From an uncultured Bacteroidota bacterium (lineage in GTDB: Bacteria; Bacteroidota; Ignavibacteria; UBA10030; UBA6906): a stretch of 64,000 bases of DNA. The notes below the pieces were generated by a model. It was not told the origin of the DNA and did not search any database. It was given only the letters and a program-made list of their open reading frames with translations. Within the stretch, counting starts at the first letter, position 1; the number at the start of each line of letters is the position of its first letter. The position numbers and the translations under genes were made by a program. Below, one piece after another: positions 1-10,914 of this stretch. Where the stretch lies: contig CAVOYH010000001.1 of assembly GCA_963700635.1 (NCBI GenBank), positions 288,001-352,000 on the forward strand, written 5' to 3'.

Positions 1-477
1 TCCATCTTCCGGATCTACAGGGACGTCCGCTTCAGCAAGAACAAAGCTCCGTACAAGACCAACATTGCGGCGACATTCGAACCGCGGGGGAAAAGAAAAC
101 CCACGGAGCAACCCGGACTGTATGTCGGGATTGAGCCGGGAGAGATTTTTGTCGGCGGTGGATTGTATATGCCTTCAGGGGAACAACTCAAGAGCATACG
201 GGGGCAAATCGCTCAAGAGCCGCTTGAGTATCTTGCCGTCATTGAACATCCGCATTTCCGGCGCATGTTCGGAGAGGTGATGGGTGAGAAGCTGCAGCGA
301 GCGCCGCTGGGATATCCGAAGGACCACGAGATGATCGCCCACCTGCGGATGAAGCAGTTTTTTGTCGGAAAAGTTCTCGGCGATGAGTCCAGTTTGTCAC
401 CCAGATTCGCAGACACGGTTGCGCGGATCCTGACTGAAACGATGCCGTTTATACGCTGGCTGCAGCGCGCGTTGTAG
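1..477 (+). CDS. DUF2461 (TIGR02453) family protein, 5' truncated by window edge
   Basis: Frame 1 reads SIFRIYRDVRFSKNKAPYKT...GGGLYMP, the DUF2461 signature, and runs into the 163..477 ORF. Confidence 0.85.
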   Translation, partial: SIFRIYRDVRFSKNKAPYKTNIAATFEPRGKRKPTEQPGLYVGIEPGEIFVGGGLYMPSGEQLKSIRGQIAQEPLEYLAVIEHPHFRRMFGEVMGEKLQRAPLGYPKDHEMIAHLRMKQFFVGKVLGDESSLSPRFADTVARILTETMPFIRWLQRAL

Positions 478-554
478 GGCTCCGGGCGCCGCTGTATTCC
501 CCGGGCACGCAGACGAATACCTCAATACCCACGACCCGCGTAAACTGTTGGAGA

Positions 555-1724
555 TTACGCCGAGCGTAATGCCGTGAGAATGTTCAGGCGCGAAGCACGG
601 ACTGCTGGCAGAAAGCCCCCCGCAATGCCCATGATGACGGAGAAGAAGAGGGTCCAGCCTATGATTTCGGGAGTGAGTAAAAAGCCAAACGCCAATTCGG
701 AAAAACTCCCAAAATTGGTTGTGGAGATCCGTACAAATGACATAAAGGAGGCAAGACTGAGTCCGACCGCACCGCCGAGTAGCGAGAGGATGATTGCTTC
801 CACAAGAAACGCTCCCAGGATGCTCCGCCGGCGGAAACCAAGGGCGCGCATGGTTCCGATTTCCCGGGTGCGGTTTGCCACCGCCGCGTACATGGTGATC
901 ATGGCCCCGATCATCGCGCCGACGCTGAAAATGATCGTTACGATCAGCCCCAGGTAACGAATAAAATCCGACATCATCTGCGACTGTTCGCGGTAGAACG
1001 CCTGTTCACCCTTTACTTCCAGATACGAAGTACGCGGATCCTGCTCGATTCGCACTTTGGCTGTTTCGAACATCTCCCGCGAGCGTAGCCGGAACGTCAT
1101 CGATGAAAACACAGGCCTGCCGAACGCAGGCATGGTTTGTTCCACGTCTCCCCATATTTCCGAGTCGAATGCCGTTCCCTGGCCGTTGATATGCCCGACG
1201 ATAGTCCATTGAGCGTCGCCGAACCGGAGTTGATCGCCGAGGGCGCAGTTCTGGAACTGTGAGGCGATGTTTTTGCCGACCACGATCTCCTGGGAACCGA
1301 AGGTGAACCAGCGGCCCGCTTCGAGGTTCACCTGGGGGCGGAGCTGGCGGGCTTCGGGGGAAATACCCCGCACGGAAATATTCCCCATATCATTTGAGCC
1401 GCGCTTCAGGAGATTGATGATGATAAAGGTCTCGGTGGAAACGAAGGGTTTGCCGTCCGGAAGCAGCGCCACTTCCGGAAACGTCTTTATAAGATTGGCG
1501 TGGTCACGTTCAATCTGGCTGACCAGTTCGGACGCAGCGGACTTCCTGAGCACGATGACATTGTCCGGCGATCCGGTTTCGATCAGGGTGTTTTCCACGC
1601 CGCGGGAAAGCATCAGGACCGATGCAAAAACAAACGCCACCAGAGCGATGCCGGTCAGTGTGAGGGCTGTTGTCAGACGGCGGGCCCAGAGACTCCGCCA
1701 GGTGTACACAAAGGGAATTTTCAT
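555..1724 (-). CDS. ABC transporter permease, MacB/FtsX family
   Basis: N-terminal TM, periplasmic domain, VANRTREIGTMRALGF motif, 3 C-terminal TMs. Confidence 0.9.
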   Translation of the reverse strand: MKIPFVYTWRSLWARRLTTALTLTGIALVAFVFASVLMLSRGVENTLIETGSPDNVIVLRKSAASELVSQIERDHANLIKTFPEVALLPDGKPFVSTETFIIINLLKRGSNDMGNISVRGISPEARQLRPQVNLEAGRWFTFGSQEIVVGKNIASQFQNCALGDQLRFGDAQWTIVGHINGQGTAFDSEIWGDVEQTMPAFGRPVFSSMTFRLRSREMFETAKVRIEQDPRTSYLEVKGEQAFYREQSQMMSDFIRYLGLIVTIIFSVGAMIGAMITMYAAVANRTREIGTMRALGFRRRSILGAFLVEAIILSLLGGAVGLSLASFMSFVRISTTNFGSFSELAFGFLLTPEIIGWTLFFSVIMGIAGGFLPAVRASRLNILTALRSA

Positions 1725-1728
1725 ATGC

Positions 1729-2895
1729 TCATCCTATCGCTCGAAGACCTTCGGCGATGCTGGTCCGGAGGGCGCGAATCGTCGGAAATAACGCGGCGAC
1801 AACGCCGGCCAGAGCCGCCACTATCGCTGCAAGAACGATCGTAATCGTCTCAACATTAAACACGGGGAAAAAGGTCGGAAACATGGAAGCAAATCCTCCC
1901 GCAAGCGGGAACGTGAGCGCCAGGCCGAGTGCTCCACCGATACCCGCGATCAGCAGCGATTCGCCGGCTATAAGACCGATGATGTGACGCGGGGAAAAGC
2001 CGATCGTTTTCAACACCGCATACTCGGTGGTGCGTTCGCGGGCGGCCATCACGATGGTGTTTGCAAGGACAAGTAGGATGATCCCGATGATGATAAATGA
2101 AACGATCTCGAGCGAGCGGATAATTGCACTGGACATGGAAACAAAACCCTGCTGGAATTCCCGTTCCGTTTCGGTCTTTGTTCCTGCGCGGGAATTCAGG
2201 TACAGGGCGTCAATGGTTTGCGCCACCGTGGGCATGTCGGCGGGGTTATCCACGGTGAGGACAAACCACCCGATGTTCCCCTGACTGCTTGGCTGGATCT
2301 CCTTGATACGCTCATTCAGGTAGTTCCAGTGGAACAACATCTGCGTCTCATCGGTGGTTGCGTCTCTTCCTGTATAGAGTCCGCGGACAACAAAATCCCA
2401 CCGGCCGGGGTAGATATCGCCCTCCACCGTAATAATATCTCCGATCTTAAAACCGTGCTCTCTGGCGATTTTTTGTCCGACGATGCATGCATTACGATTC
2501 GCCTGAAAATCCTTGAGTTCCTTCTCAGAAACAAGGTACTCCGGATACACCTTAAAATAGGTGTCGGGATCGATTGCCATCCGGGGAAAGAAGTTCTTGA
2601 AATCAGCCGGGTCCTTAAATGTGCCCTGGAACCAGTTTGCAAAGGATACAGTGGAAACACCCGGAACGCGGGCGATCTGATCACGATAGGAGTAGGGCAG
2701 GGGGAAAATAAAAGAGACAGAGGAGCGCGTGATCATACGATTTGCTGCAGAGGCTTCCACACCGTAGGACCACGCTGTGACCACGGTGCGGAGGAACCCG
2801 AACGACATCACTGCAATGGCGATTCCCATGATGGTCAGAATGGTGCGTAGTTTATGGCGCAGGGCATTCTTCAGGACGAGTTTCACAACGAACAT
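1729..2895 (-). CDS. ABC transporter permease, MacB/FtsX family
   Basis: RHKLRTILT N-terminus; ARERTTEYAVLKTIGF motif. Confidence 0.9.
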   Translation of the reverse strand: MFVVKLVLKNALRHKLRTILTIMGIAIAVMSFGFLRTVVTAWSYGVEASAANRMITRSSVSFIFPLPYSYRDQIARVPGVSTVSFANWFQGTFKDPADFKNFFPRMAIDPDTYFKVYPEYLVSEKELKDFQANRNACIVGQKIAREHGFKIGDIITVEGDIYPGRWDFVVRGLYTGRDATTDETQMLFHWNYLNERIKEIQPSSQGNIGWFVLTVDNPADMPTVAQTIDALYLNSRAGTKTETEREFQQGFVSMSSAIIRSLEIVSFIIIGIILLVLANTIVMAARERTTEYAVLKTIGFSPRHIIGLIAGESLLIAGIGGALGLALTFPLAGGFASMFPTFFPVFNVETITIVLAAIVAALAGVVAALFPTIRALRTSIAEGLRAIG

Positions 2896-2905
2896 GGTAG
2901 GCTCC

Positions 2906-3568
2906 TCAGTTCAACTCGCCTTTGTCAAGTTGCATGACATTGTTTGCCTTTTCGGCAGCACGTGGATCGTGGGTGACCATCACGATGGTCTTTTTGAATT
3001 CTTTGTTCAGGCGATCCAGCAACGTTAACACTTCAGCCGCCGAGACGCGGTCCAGATCTCCGGTTGGTTCATCGGCTACAAGAACCGTCGGGTCGGTCAC
3101 AAGAGCCCGTGCAATCGCCACCCGCTGCTCCTGTCCGCCAGAAAGCTGCTTCGGGTAGTGTTTCATCCGGTCCGAAAGCCCCACCAGAGCAAGCGACGCT
3201 TCCACATGCTCCCTCCGTTCCCGTCTGGAAAGGTGGGTAAGCAGAAGGGGTAGCTCCACATTTTCGTAGGCTGTCAGGACAGGCAGCAAATTATAGAACT
3301 GAAAGATAAACCCGACATTGTTTGCACGCCAGCGGGCCAGAGCCGATTCGCTGAGGGCTGCAATCTCGGTCCCATTGACGCTGATGGAACCTTCATCGGG
3401 TTTGTCAATCCCTGCGATAAGATTCAGCAGGGTTGTTTTCCCTGATCCGGAAGGTCCCATCAATGCCAGGAACTCTCCGTCGGGCACCGAGATGCTGAGG
3501 TCATTCAGCACCGGGATAAGGATGGAATCACGATGGTATGATTTGGATACGTTTCGGACTTCGATCAT
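2906..3568 (-). CDS. ABC transporter ATP-binding protein (LolD/MacB type)
   Basis: Walker [17 protein letters not shown] signature, ADEPTG, VTHD. Confidence 0.95.
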   Translation of the reverse strand: MIEVRNVSKSYHRDSILIPVLNDLSISVPDGEFLALMGPSGSGKTTLLNLIAGIDKPDEGSISVNGTEIAALSESALARWRANNVGFIFQFYNLLPVLTAYENVELPLLLTHLSRRERREHVEASLALVGLSDRMKHYPKQLSGGQEQRVAIARALVTDPTVLVADEPTGDLDRVSAAEVLTLLDRLNKEFKKTIVMVTHDPRAAEKANNVMQLDKGELN

Positions 3569-3595
3569 GATGGCTCCACAAGATACGCTACGGGA

Positions 3596-4798
3596 TTATC
3601 GAGTTCGGACTTTCACCCTTGTGCCCGGTGTAAGATCCGGATGAGGCCGCAGGACAACGTGGTCGCCGGCCGCCAGCCCTCCGCGGATGACGATACGGTC
3701 TCCGAGAGTCTCGCCGAGAGACACGGGTGATTCCACGATGTTCTCTTCACTCACACTGAGCACCATATCCTGGTTGTCGCGCTGTGTGACCGCGGAAAGA
3801 GGGATGGTGAGCACCGGGAGATCTGCACCCGGGGTCTGGTCCGGCTCTTCCGACAGGAACATCACTTTTGCGCTCATCTCGGGGAGCACACGCTCATCCT
3901 TTGCACGGAATGCAACTTTAGTAAGGACTGTGGCCTTGGCGCGATCCGCGGTCGGCACGATTTTGTGAACAACACCCCCGTACCGTTTGTCAGGGTAGGC
4001 ATCCAGGATGATTTCACACGGTTGTCCGGGATGAACACGGATAATATTGGATTCGGAGACGTCCGCCTCCACCTGCAGGGAGCTCATATCGGCCATGGTA
4101 ACGACAGCACCCCGGGAGTTCACCGATGACGCAAACGGCGCCACCACCTCGCCGACATCCGCGTGTTTGGTGAGCACGGTGCCGTCGAACGGTGCCCTGA
4201 TGCGGGTGTTTTCCACGGATACCTCCGCTGCGCTGACGACCGCCTCGGCGTAACGTATGGTCGCCTCCACCCGCGCAAATCGGGCCTGCGCTGCATCCAG
4301 ATCTGCCTGGGCCGACAGGCTGGATGCATGGAGTTGTTGCTGCCGTTCAAGCGTAAGTCTCGCGTCCTGGTGATCGGCTCGTGCCACGCCCAGATTTGCT
4401 TCGGCCTGTCGGAGCGCCGCCAGGACATCCTGATCTTCAAGGCGTGCGATAATCTCGCCTTTCTTCACACGATCCCCCTCCTCAAACCCGAGGAATTCCA
4501 GGCGGCCCGTGCCTTTTGACGCAACCGCTGCTTTCACCTGGGCCACAACGTAACCGTTTGCGGTGAGCACGGCATTCGCCTGTGAGGGTGACGTGAGCGT
4601 TGCCGTTGCGAGATCCACTTCCGGCGTCCCGGTGAAAACGCCTTTCAGGAGAAAATATCCGAGCACTGCCAGAAGAACGATAGCCGCAGGAATGATGATC
4701 TTCCAGGGAACGGTCGGTCCCTGGGGCGACTCCTTCGGGTTTCGGTTTATGCGCAATGCGGACAGATCTGCCTGTTCAGTAGAGGTGCTCATAAGCAT
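3596..4798 (-). CDS. Efflux periplasmic adaptor (membrane fusion protein)
   Basis: Single TM, lipoyl-like halves ([22 protein letters not shown]), coiled coil. Confidence 0.9.
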   Translation of the reverse strand: MLMSTSTEQADLSALRINRNPKESPQGPTVPWKIIIPAAIVLLAVLGYFLLKGVFTGTPEVDLATATLTSPSQANAVLTANGYVVAQVKAAVASKGTGRLEFLGFEEGDRVKKGEIIARLEDQDVLAALRQAEANLGVARADHQDARLTLERQQQLHASSLSAQADLDAAQARFARVEATIRYAEAVVSAAEVSVENTRIRAPFDGTVLTKHADVGEVVAPFASSVNSRGAVVTMADMSSLQVEADVSESNIIRVHPGQPCEIILDAYPDKRYGGVVHKIVPTADRAKATVLTKVAFRAKDERVLPEMSAKVMFLSEEPDQTPGADLPVLTIPLSAVTQRDNQDMVLSVSEENIVESPVSLGETLGDRIVIRGGLAAGDHVVLRPHPDLTPGTRVKVRTR

Positions 4799-4832
4799 TC
4801 AATGCTGTAACGTGCCCGTTGGGAGAAAAGTT

Positions 4833-5168
4833 TCATGGTTCGAGAGACTTCTTGTACGCCCATTCCATGTACGGAAGATCCAGTACTGTGCGTTTCTCCA
4901 GAGCCAGCGGCTTCTTTGTTGCCGTCGTGAAGCCTATGCCGGATGTTTTCTCTTTCGGTGGCGGGGGTGGAATCTTCACATCCGGGGAGTTGTACATAGG
5001 CTCCCCGGGTTCACGCTCCACGATGAGGGTGGCCCCCTCAGGGCGTGTTTTGGACGGCGGATAGGAATACACAGAGTAGATTCCCGTCCACACGGCAAAT
5101 GCCATCCAGAACACACCGGCAAGCGCGGCGAGAATTACAAGGACTAGAAATCGTTTGAGCCATTTCAT
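4833..5168 (-). CDS. Small hypothetical membrane-anchored protein
   Basis: 111 aa, basic N-terminus plus hydrophobic helix, GGAG upstream, fills the gap in a co-directional run. Confidence 0.7.
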   Translation of the reverse strand: MKWLKRFLVLVILAALAGVFWMAFAVWTGIYSVYSYPPSKTRPEGATLIVEREPGEPMYNSPDVKIPPPPPKEKTSGIGFTTATKKPLALEKRTVLDLPYMEWAYKKSLEP

Positions 5169-5211
5169 GGGTATGCTCCCTGATCGGTTACGAACATCTT
5201 CAAGGCGCCTG

Positions 5212-7194
5212 CTAATCCTCGACTTTTGCCCGCATGGAGTCCATCAGCGCATAGGCGAAGAGCAGGAGAAATGCTATGAGTCCGACGAGTTCGGCGAGGC
5301 GTGTTTGCGCCCAGCCGTGGATTTCTAAATCGAGACCGCCGAACCGCAGGAACGCACTCAGCACGCCGAAGAGTGACCCCCCGGCGATAAAACCGGAGGC
5401 AATAAGTGTTCCCCGTGAGAAGCGGGCGTTGTTGAGTTTTTCGTTTTTTGACCTCGAGGTCACCCACCAGGCGAGGAGACCGCCGACGAGGAGCGGCGTA
5501 TTGAGTTCCTGCGGGATATACATGCCCAAGGCAAAGGCGAGGGGTGGGATCTTCACCATCACAAGGAGCAGCGCGATGATTGCTCCGAACAGATAGAGTG
5601 ACCACGGCGCCGGGGAGTCGGACATGAGCGGCTGGATCACCGCGGCCATGGCATTGGCCTGGGGCGCAGCGAGTGCACCTTCTCCGGTGAATCCGAACGT
5701 CTGGTTCAGCACAAGGATGACCCCGCCCACAGTGGCGGCAGAGAGGAGCACTCCTGCGAACTTCCAACTCTCCTGTTTCTTCGGGGTGGAGCCCAGCCAG
5801 TACCCGACTTTGAGATCTGTTATAAATCCCCCGGCCACGGAGAGGGCAGTGCACACCACTCCGCCGATAATCAGAGCACTCACCATGCCGGCTGTTCCCG
5901 AAAGACCCACCTGCACGAGCACGAACGACGAAAGGATAAGCGTCATGAGTGTCATGCCCGAAACCGGGTTTGTGCCGACGATCGCGATGGCATTGGCGGA
6001 GACCGTCGTAAAGAGGAAGGCGATGGCCAGCACAATGCCGATACCAACCAGCGCGTGCGTAATGTCAAAGACCACGCCGGTGTAGAAGAATATGAACAGC
6101 AGGATTGCCGTCAGGAGTATAAGTTGAATGTTGAACAGTATGCGCAGATCAGTCTGGGTTCTGGACGTTTTCGTGTTTTCAGCTTCTCCCCGGTGAAAGA
6201 TCTCCCTGAACGCCAGCGTGAATGCGCCGCCAATGATCCGGGATGACCGGATGATGCCGACAATACCTGCCATGGCAATTCCGCCGATACCGATTTGGCG
6301 CACGTAGGTCCTGAAGATTTCTTCTGCAGACATCTCCGCGATCAGTTTTGTGGCTGTGGCCCCAAAGGGGGATGTCAGCGATTGACCGAGCTCGGCGAAT
6401 ATCGGCACAAGAACAAACCAGGAGAGGAACGATCCGGCGGCAATGATGGCAGAATACTTCAGTCCGACGATGTACCCGAGCCCGAAGATCATTGCGGAAA
6501 CATTAAACCGGGCCACCAGTTTCAGTTTGTCGGCCAGGACTTCCCCCACGGAGAGCATCCGTGATGTGATAACTTCGGCCCAGAGACCGAACGCGCTGAA
6601 GAGGAAGTCAAAAATTCCCCCGATGAGCCCGCTCACGACAAGGACCACGGCCTGTGAACCGCCTTTTTCACCGGCGACAAGGATTTCCGTTGTCGCGGTA
6701 GCCTCAGGGAACGGAAACTTGCCGTGCATGTCTTTTACAAAGTACTTGCGAAAGGGGATAAGAAAAAGGATGCCGAGAAACCCGCCGAGCGCGGAGGCAA
6801 AGAACACCTGGAAGAAATCGGCGGGCAGATCAAGGATGTACAGTGCAGGGATGGTAAAGATCGCTCCGGCTACGATAACGCCGGATGATGCGCCAATGGA
6901 CTGAATGATCACATTCTGGCCGAGCGCATTGGATTTGCCAAGAAGTGTGGACATCCCGACAGCAAGGATGGCGATCGGTATGGCGGCCTCGAACACCTGC
7001 CCGATCTTCAGTCCTGAGTACGCCGCCGCAGCCGAAAAAAGGACGGCCATCAGCAAGCCCATGATCACCGAATACGGGGTGACTTCCCGGGGAGTGGAAG
7101 TGGCGGGCATGATCGGCCGGTATTCTTCTCCCGGCTTGAGCTCTTTGTACGCATTGTCCGGCAACCCATGGCCGGCTGCTGCCTGGTGTTCCAT
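5212..7194 (-). CDS. OPT family oligopeptide transporter
   Basis: Polytopic; FEAAIPIAIL, FPEATAT, NPVSGMTL, APQANAM motifs; start chosen after AAAGGAG. Confidence 0.92.
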   Translation of the reverse strand: MEHQAAAGHGLPDNAYKELKPGEEYRPIMPATSTPREVTPYSVIMGLLMAVLFSAAAAYSGLKIGQVFEAAIPIAILAVGMSTLLGKSNALGQNVIIQSIGASSGVIVAGAIFTIPALYILDLPADFFQVFFASALGGFLGILFLIPFRKYFVKDMHGKFPFPEATATTEILVAGEKGGSQAVVLVVSGLIGGIFDFLFSAFGLWAEVITSRMLSVGEVLADKLKLVARFNVSAMIFGLGYIVGLKYSAIIAAGSFLSWFVLVPIFAELGQSLTSPFGATATKLIAEMSAEEIFRTYVRQIGIGGIAMAGIVGIIRSSRIIGGAFTLAFREIFHRGEAENTKTSRTQTDLRILFNIQLILLTAILLFIFFYTGVVFDITHALVGIGIVLAIAFLFTTVSANAIAIVGTNPVSGMTLMTLILSSFVLVQVGLSGTAGMVSALIIGGVVCTALSVAGGFITDLKVGYWLGSTPKKQESWKFAGVLLSAATVGGVILVLNQTFGFTGEGALAAPQANAMAAVIQPLMSDSPAPWSLYLFGAIIALLLVMVKIPPLAFALGMYIPQELNTPLLVGGLLAWWVTSRSKNEKLNNARFSRGTLIASGFIAGGSLFGVLSAFLRFGGLDLEIHGWAQTRLAELVGLIAFLLLFAYALMDSMRAKVED

Positions 7195-7210
7195 ACTGCT
7201 TCTCCTTTGG

Positions 7211-8467
7211 TCAGGCGTGAGAGTGTTCAACCCAGATCTGGGCGAGGTTGACTACTGTGCTGACGGCGTTTTCCATTGCTTCGACAGACAACCATTCCGT
7301 CAGCCCATGATAATTCTGTCCCCCGGTGAATATGTTCGGCGTTGGCAGTCCCTTTTCTGTGAGGCGTGATCCATCAGTGCCTCCCCGGATCGGGACCCAC
7401 CGTGGTGTAAGCCCGGCACGGCGTGTGGCTTCCCACAGGCAGTCTGTGACCCGCGGATCCTTCTCAAGCCCATCACGCATGTTGCGGTAGGACTCGCGGA
7501 TCTCCAGTTCGATGCGCGCCTTTGGATGTAGAGGTTGTACGTCGGCGATAATGCGTCGCAGGATTTCCTCCTGCACCTTGAGTCCGGATGTCTCAAAATC
7601 GCGGAGCAACAACTTCAGGGTGGACATGGCTTCTTCGCCTTCACACCGGTGCGGGTGAATGTAGGGCTCGTACCCTTCGGTAGTTTCAGGTGCCATATCG
7701 TTCGGGAGGCGGACGATGATGTCTGCGAGGGCACGCAGGGAGTTCACCATGATACCCTTTGCGGTTCCCGGATGAATATTCCGTCCGTGTACCGTGATGG
7801 TCGCTGAATTGGCGCTGAACGTCTCTTTGTTCAGCTCGCCGGGGGTATCACCATCCACCGTATAGGCAGCGACCGCGCCAAACTTCTGGAGATCAAAAAA
7901 CTTTGTTCCATTTCCGACTTCCTCGTCCGGCGTGAATCCTATGCGAATGTCTCCATGTAACAGTGCGGGGTTTCCCAGAAGGGTCTGCACGGCCGTCATG
8001 ATAATTGCGATGCCAGCCTTGTCATCTGCGCCAAGCAGGGTTGTCCCGTCAGAGGTGACGATGGTCTTCCCGATGTTCCTTGCCAATTCGGGATTTTCCT
8101 CGGCGCGGATTACCACTGCCGGATTTGCCGGGAGCACAATGTCCCCTCCGGGATAAGCGCGAATAATCTGGGGCCGAACGTTTTCCCCGCTTGCCGAGGG
8201 TGATGTATCGACGTGGGCAACAAATCCGATGACAGGGACTTTTCCATGCGCACGATGGGTCTTCGGAAGAGTGGATGGCACCGTTGCCATGACATATCCG
8301 TGCCCGTCAATGTCAACGTCGGCGAGTCCGAGACTCCGGAGTTCTTGTACAAGGAGATTCAGAAGGTCAAATTGTTTGGCCGTGCTGGGATAGGTTTCGG
8401 AGTCCTCTTTTGACTGGGTGTCGATTTTGGCGTAGCGGACAAAACGATCGAGTGCTGTATCAGACAT
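7211..8467 (-). CDS. pepT: Peptidase T (M20B tripeptidase)
   Basis: AHVDTS, LLGADDKAG, FTPDEEVG, IRGGTDGSRL motifs. Confidence 0.95.
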   Translation of the reverse strand: MSDTALDRFVRYAKIDTQSKEDSETYPSTAKQFDLLNLLVQELRSLGLADVDIDGHGYVMATVPSTLPKTHRAHGKVPVIGFVAHVDTSPSASGENVRPQIIRAYPGGDIVLPANPAVVIRAEENPELARNIGKTIVTSDGTTLLGADDKAGIAIIMTAVQTLLGNPALLHGDIRIGFTPDEEVGNGTKFFDLQKFGAVAAYTVDGDTPGELNKETFSANSATITVHGRNIHPGTAKGIMVNSLRALADIIVRLPNDMAPETTEGYEPYIHPHRCEGEEAMSTLKLLLRDFETSGLKVQEEILRRIIADVQPLHPKARIELEIRESYRNMRDGLEKDPRVTDCLWEATRRAGLTPRWVPIRGGTDGSRLTEKGLPTPNIFTGGQNYHGLTEWLSVEAMENAVSTVVNLAQIWVEHSHA

Positions 8468-8487
8468 AATAGGCCTCATCTCCAGGT

Positions 8488-10860
8488 TTATTCCACGGTA
8501 ATTTCATCTGCATAGATCCAGGTTGGTTGGAGTGCAAACTTGTGCCAGTCGGGGGCCGGCCCGGGCGAGGTGGCGACGAGCTTTACAAACCGTGCAGACA
8601 TCCCCTGGAGCCCGAGAGTATAGTCCCGTACAACGGGCCGCGGGTCTTTTACCGGAGATGGATGTTGTATGTATCCGGCGTGTGTATACGCAACACCGTC
8701 CTCTGAGATGCTTACTGCCACTGCAGGCGGAGGGAAGGCTAAACGCACGGTCTCGTGGAAGAAGCCTGCGGTAAGACGATGCACGGGAACAACGCTGCCC
8801 AGATCCAGTATGATGGTAATATCCCTGCCTTTCCAGCCAGTCCATTGAATGTCGGAGGCGGAAGGGGAGGCACGCCGATGGTCTATCAACCTGCCACCTC
8901 CTGCGTCAGCGGCCGCGTTTTCGGGGGGGGATGAAAGGAGGACCGATACTGCGCGGAACGGGGTCACCGAGAGGCGTCGCACTGTTGTCGGGCCGATCAT
9001 CCTGCCCTCTTTGAAGGTGGCCGTCGTGAGCGTGCACGAGGTGCTGACGTCAAACGGTTCCCTGTACAGTGCAGATAATGATGTCGGTGTGGATCCATCG
9101 AGTGTGTACCGGATCTCACCCCTGCCGCTTTGGGAGGAGAGAGCAACTATACGTTTCCAGGCGGCCGTGTCAAAGGAGTCGGTCACCGATACGGCCATAA
9201 TACTTCGCGCGGCGTTGATACCACGCGCATCGTACCTCTTGAACTGGGTTTCGAGCCGGTCCAGGAACGACGGCCATGAACGCAGGGAGCGTGCCGTCCA
9301 CCCCAGTTCCGCCGTGGCTGCGATGCGCGGGAAGATCATGTACTCTGCTGTGGTGGAATCGGGCACATATTCCGCCCAGAGGTTTGCCTGCACGCCAAGG
9401 ATATGCCGGGCCTCGGCGGGAGTCAGGCTGTCCGGGGTGGGCTCAAAGGAATAGACGGTTTCCAGGGGAAGGTAGCCGCCGATGGCGAGTGGCTCCAGCA
9501 CCGGGGCTCCCTGGTAATAGTCCAAATAGCAGTGTGACGTGGGAGTCATCACCACGTCGTGTCCGCTCCGAGCGGCTTCGATCCCGCCCTGCGTCCCCCG
9601 CCACGACATCACAGCGGTCCGGGGGGGTAATCCCCCTTCGATGATTTCGTCCCATCCGATCAGCCGTTTGCCCAGACGGGTGAGTGTCGTTTCGATGCGC
9701 CGTGTGAAGTAGCTCTGGAGTTCCATTTCATCGGCGAGTCCCTCGGCGCGTATACGGGCCTGACATTTTGGACATCGTCTCCACTCGGTCTTGTCGGCCT
9801 CATCGCCACCGATGTGAAGAAACGTACCGGGAAAGAGATCCACGACTTCTGCAAGGACGTTCTCCAGGAACACAAACACGCTGTCGTTGCCGCCACAGTA
9901 GATGTCTTTGATCGGCCAGACGCTGCCCGGGGGGACGGTAAATGGTCCGCCGGTGCAGGACAGTTCGGGAAATGCGGTCAGCACCGCTGTTGCGTGGGAG
10001 GGCATTTCGATTTCCGGAACGATGGTAATGTAACGATCGGCTGCATAGCGTACGATCTCGCGTATCTCGTCCTGAGTATAAAACCCTCCATACAGGGCGG
10101 GTTCACCGGCAGTCTGCGCAGGGCGGATATTCCAGTGGACGTCCTCCTTGTCCGCTCTCCAGGCCGATGTCTGCGTGAGCCGGGGGTACTTCTTGATTTC
10201 AATGCGCCATCCCTGATCGTCATTCAAATGCCAGTGGAATGTGTTCATCTTGTGCATGGCGAGATAGTCGATCACCTTCTTCACAAACTGTTTTGGCAGA
10301 AAATGGCGCGAGACATCGAGCATAAAGCCCCGCCACGTGTACCGCGGCGTGTCTATGATGGTGACACAGGGGAGTTTCCAGGCATGCAGCTTCGGGCGGC
10401 GGACAGCATAGACCTCGGGGGGGAGAAGCTGCAACACCGTCTGCGCGGCATAAAAGAAACCCGGATCGTTGTTCGCTTCAAGGACCACCGCGTCATCCCG
10501 CACCTCCAGCCGATAACCCTCACGATGAAGGGATTCGTCACGTATGGGGCGAAACGAGATATAGTCTTTCCTGGGCGTCGCCGCGGCATCAACAACCTTC
10601 AACGGAAACCCCGTGCTCCGGCGGAGGATGTCGGCCAGATACAGAACGCTCTTTTGAGTTTCAGGATTACCGGTATGATAGACAAGCACCGTACCTGGTC
10701 CGACGGTAAAAAACCCGGCGCTTCGCACCACCGACAGGGGTTGTGGGACGATGTGCAGGGGCGATCCTTCCGCGGCCTGTGGCACTTGTGCGGGGAGATT
10801 GGCTGAAAGAGGCACGATGCCTCCGAAACACAGGCACAGAATAGCGGCAAGGCGCACCAT
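8488..10860 (-). CDS. Exported beta-N-acetylhexosaminidase (GH20) with C-terminal FN3-associated and discoidin-like domains
   Basis: Signal peptide; RGFMLDVSRHF, FHWHLNDDQGWR, catalytic HIGGDE; IRYTLDGSTP. Confidence 0.93.
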   Translation of the reverse strand: MVRLAAILCLCFGGIVPLSANLPAQVPQAAEGSPLHIVPQPLSVVRSAGFFTVGPGTVLVYHTGNPETQKSVLYLADILRRSTGFPLKVVDAAATPRKDYISFRPIRDESLHREGYRLEVRDDAVVLEANNDPGFFYAAQTVLQLLPPEVYAVRRPKLHAWKLPCVTIIDTPRYTWRGFMLDVSRHFLPKQFVKKVIDYLAMHKMNTFHWHLNDDQGWRIEIKKYPRLTQTSAWRADKEDVHWNIRPAQTAGEPALYGGFYTQDEIREIVRYAADRYITIVPEIEMPSHATAVLTAFPELSCTGGPFTVPPGSVWPIKDIYCGGNDSVFVFLENVLAEVVDLFPGTFLHIGGDEADKTEWRRCPKCQARIRAEGLADEMELQSYFTRRIETTLTRLGKRLIGWDEIIEGGLPPRTAVMSWRGTQGGIEAARSGHDVVMTPTSHCYLDYYQGAPVLEPLAIGGYLPLETVYSFEPTPDSLTPAEARHILGVQANLWAEYVPDSTTAEYMIFPRIAATAELGWTARSLRSWPSFLDRLETQFKRYDARGINAARSIMAVSVTDSFDTAAWKRIVALSSQSGRGEIRYTLDGSTPTSLSALYREPFDVSTSCTLTTATFKEGRMIGPTTVRRLSVTPFRAVSVLLSSPPENAAADAGGGRLIDHRRASPSASDIQWTGWKGRDITIILDLGSVVPVHRLTAGFFHETVRLAFPPPAVAVSISEDGVAYTHAGYIQHPSPVKDPRPVVRDYTLGLQGMSARFVKLVATSPGPAPDWHKFALQPTWIYADEITVE

Positions 10861-10914
10861 GGGCACTTCCTCCAGATGAGAAAAACGTATTACATTGAGG
10901 CGCGGTCCCGGGAC

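Noticed and set aside
9814-10806. Long ORFs antisense to or overlapping real genes (also 45726-46820, 19290-20162, 54493-55374, 18312-19139)
   Set aside because: Shadow ORFs expected in GC-rich DNA opposite conserved genes; no recognisable motifs.
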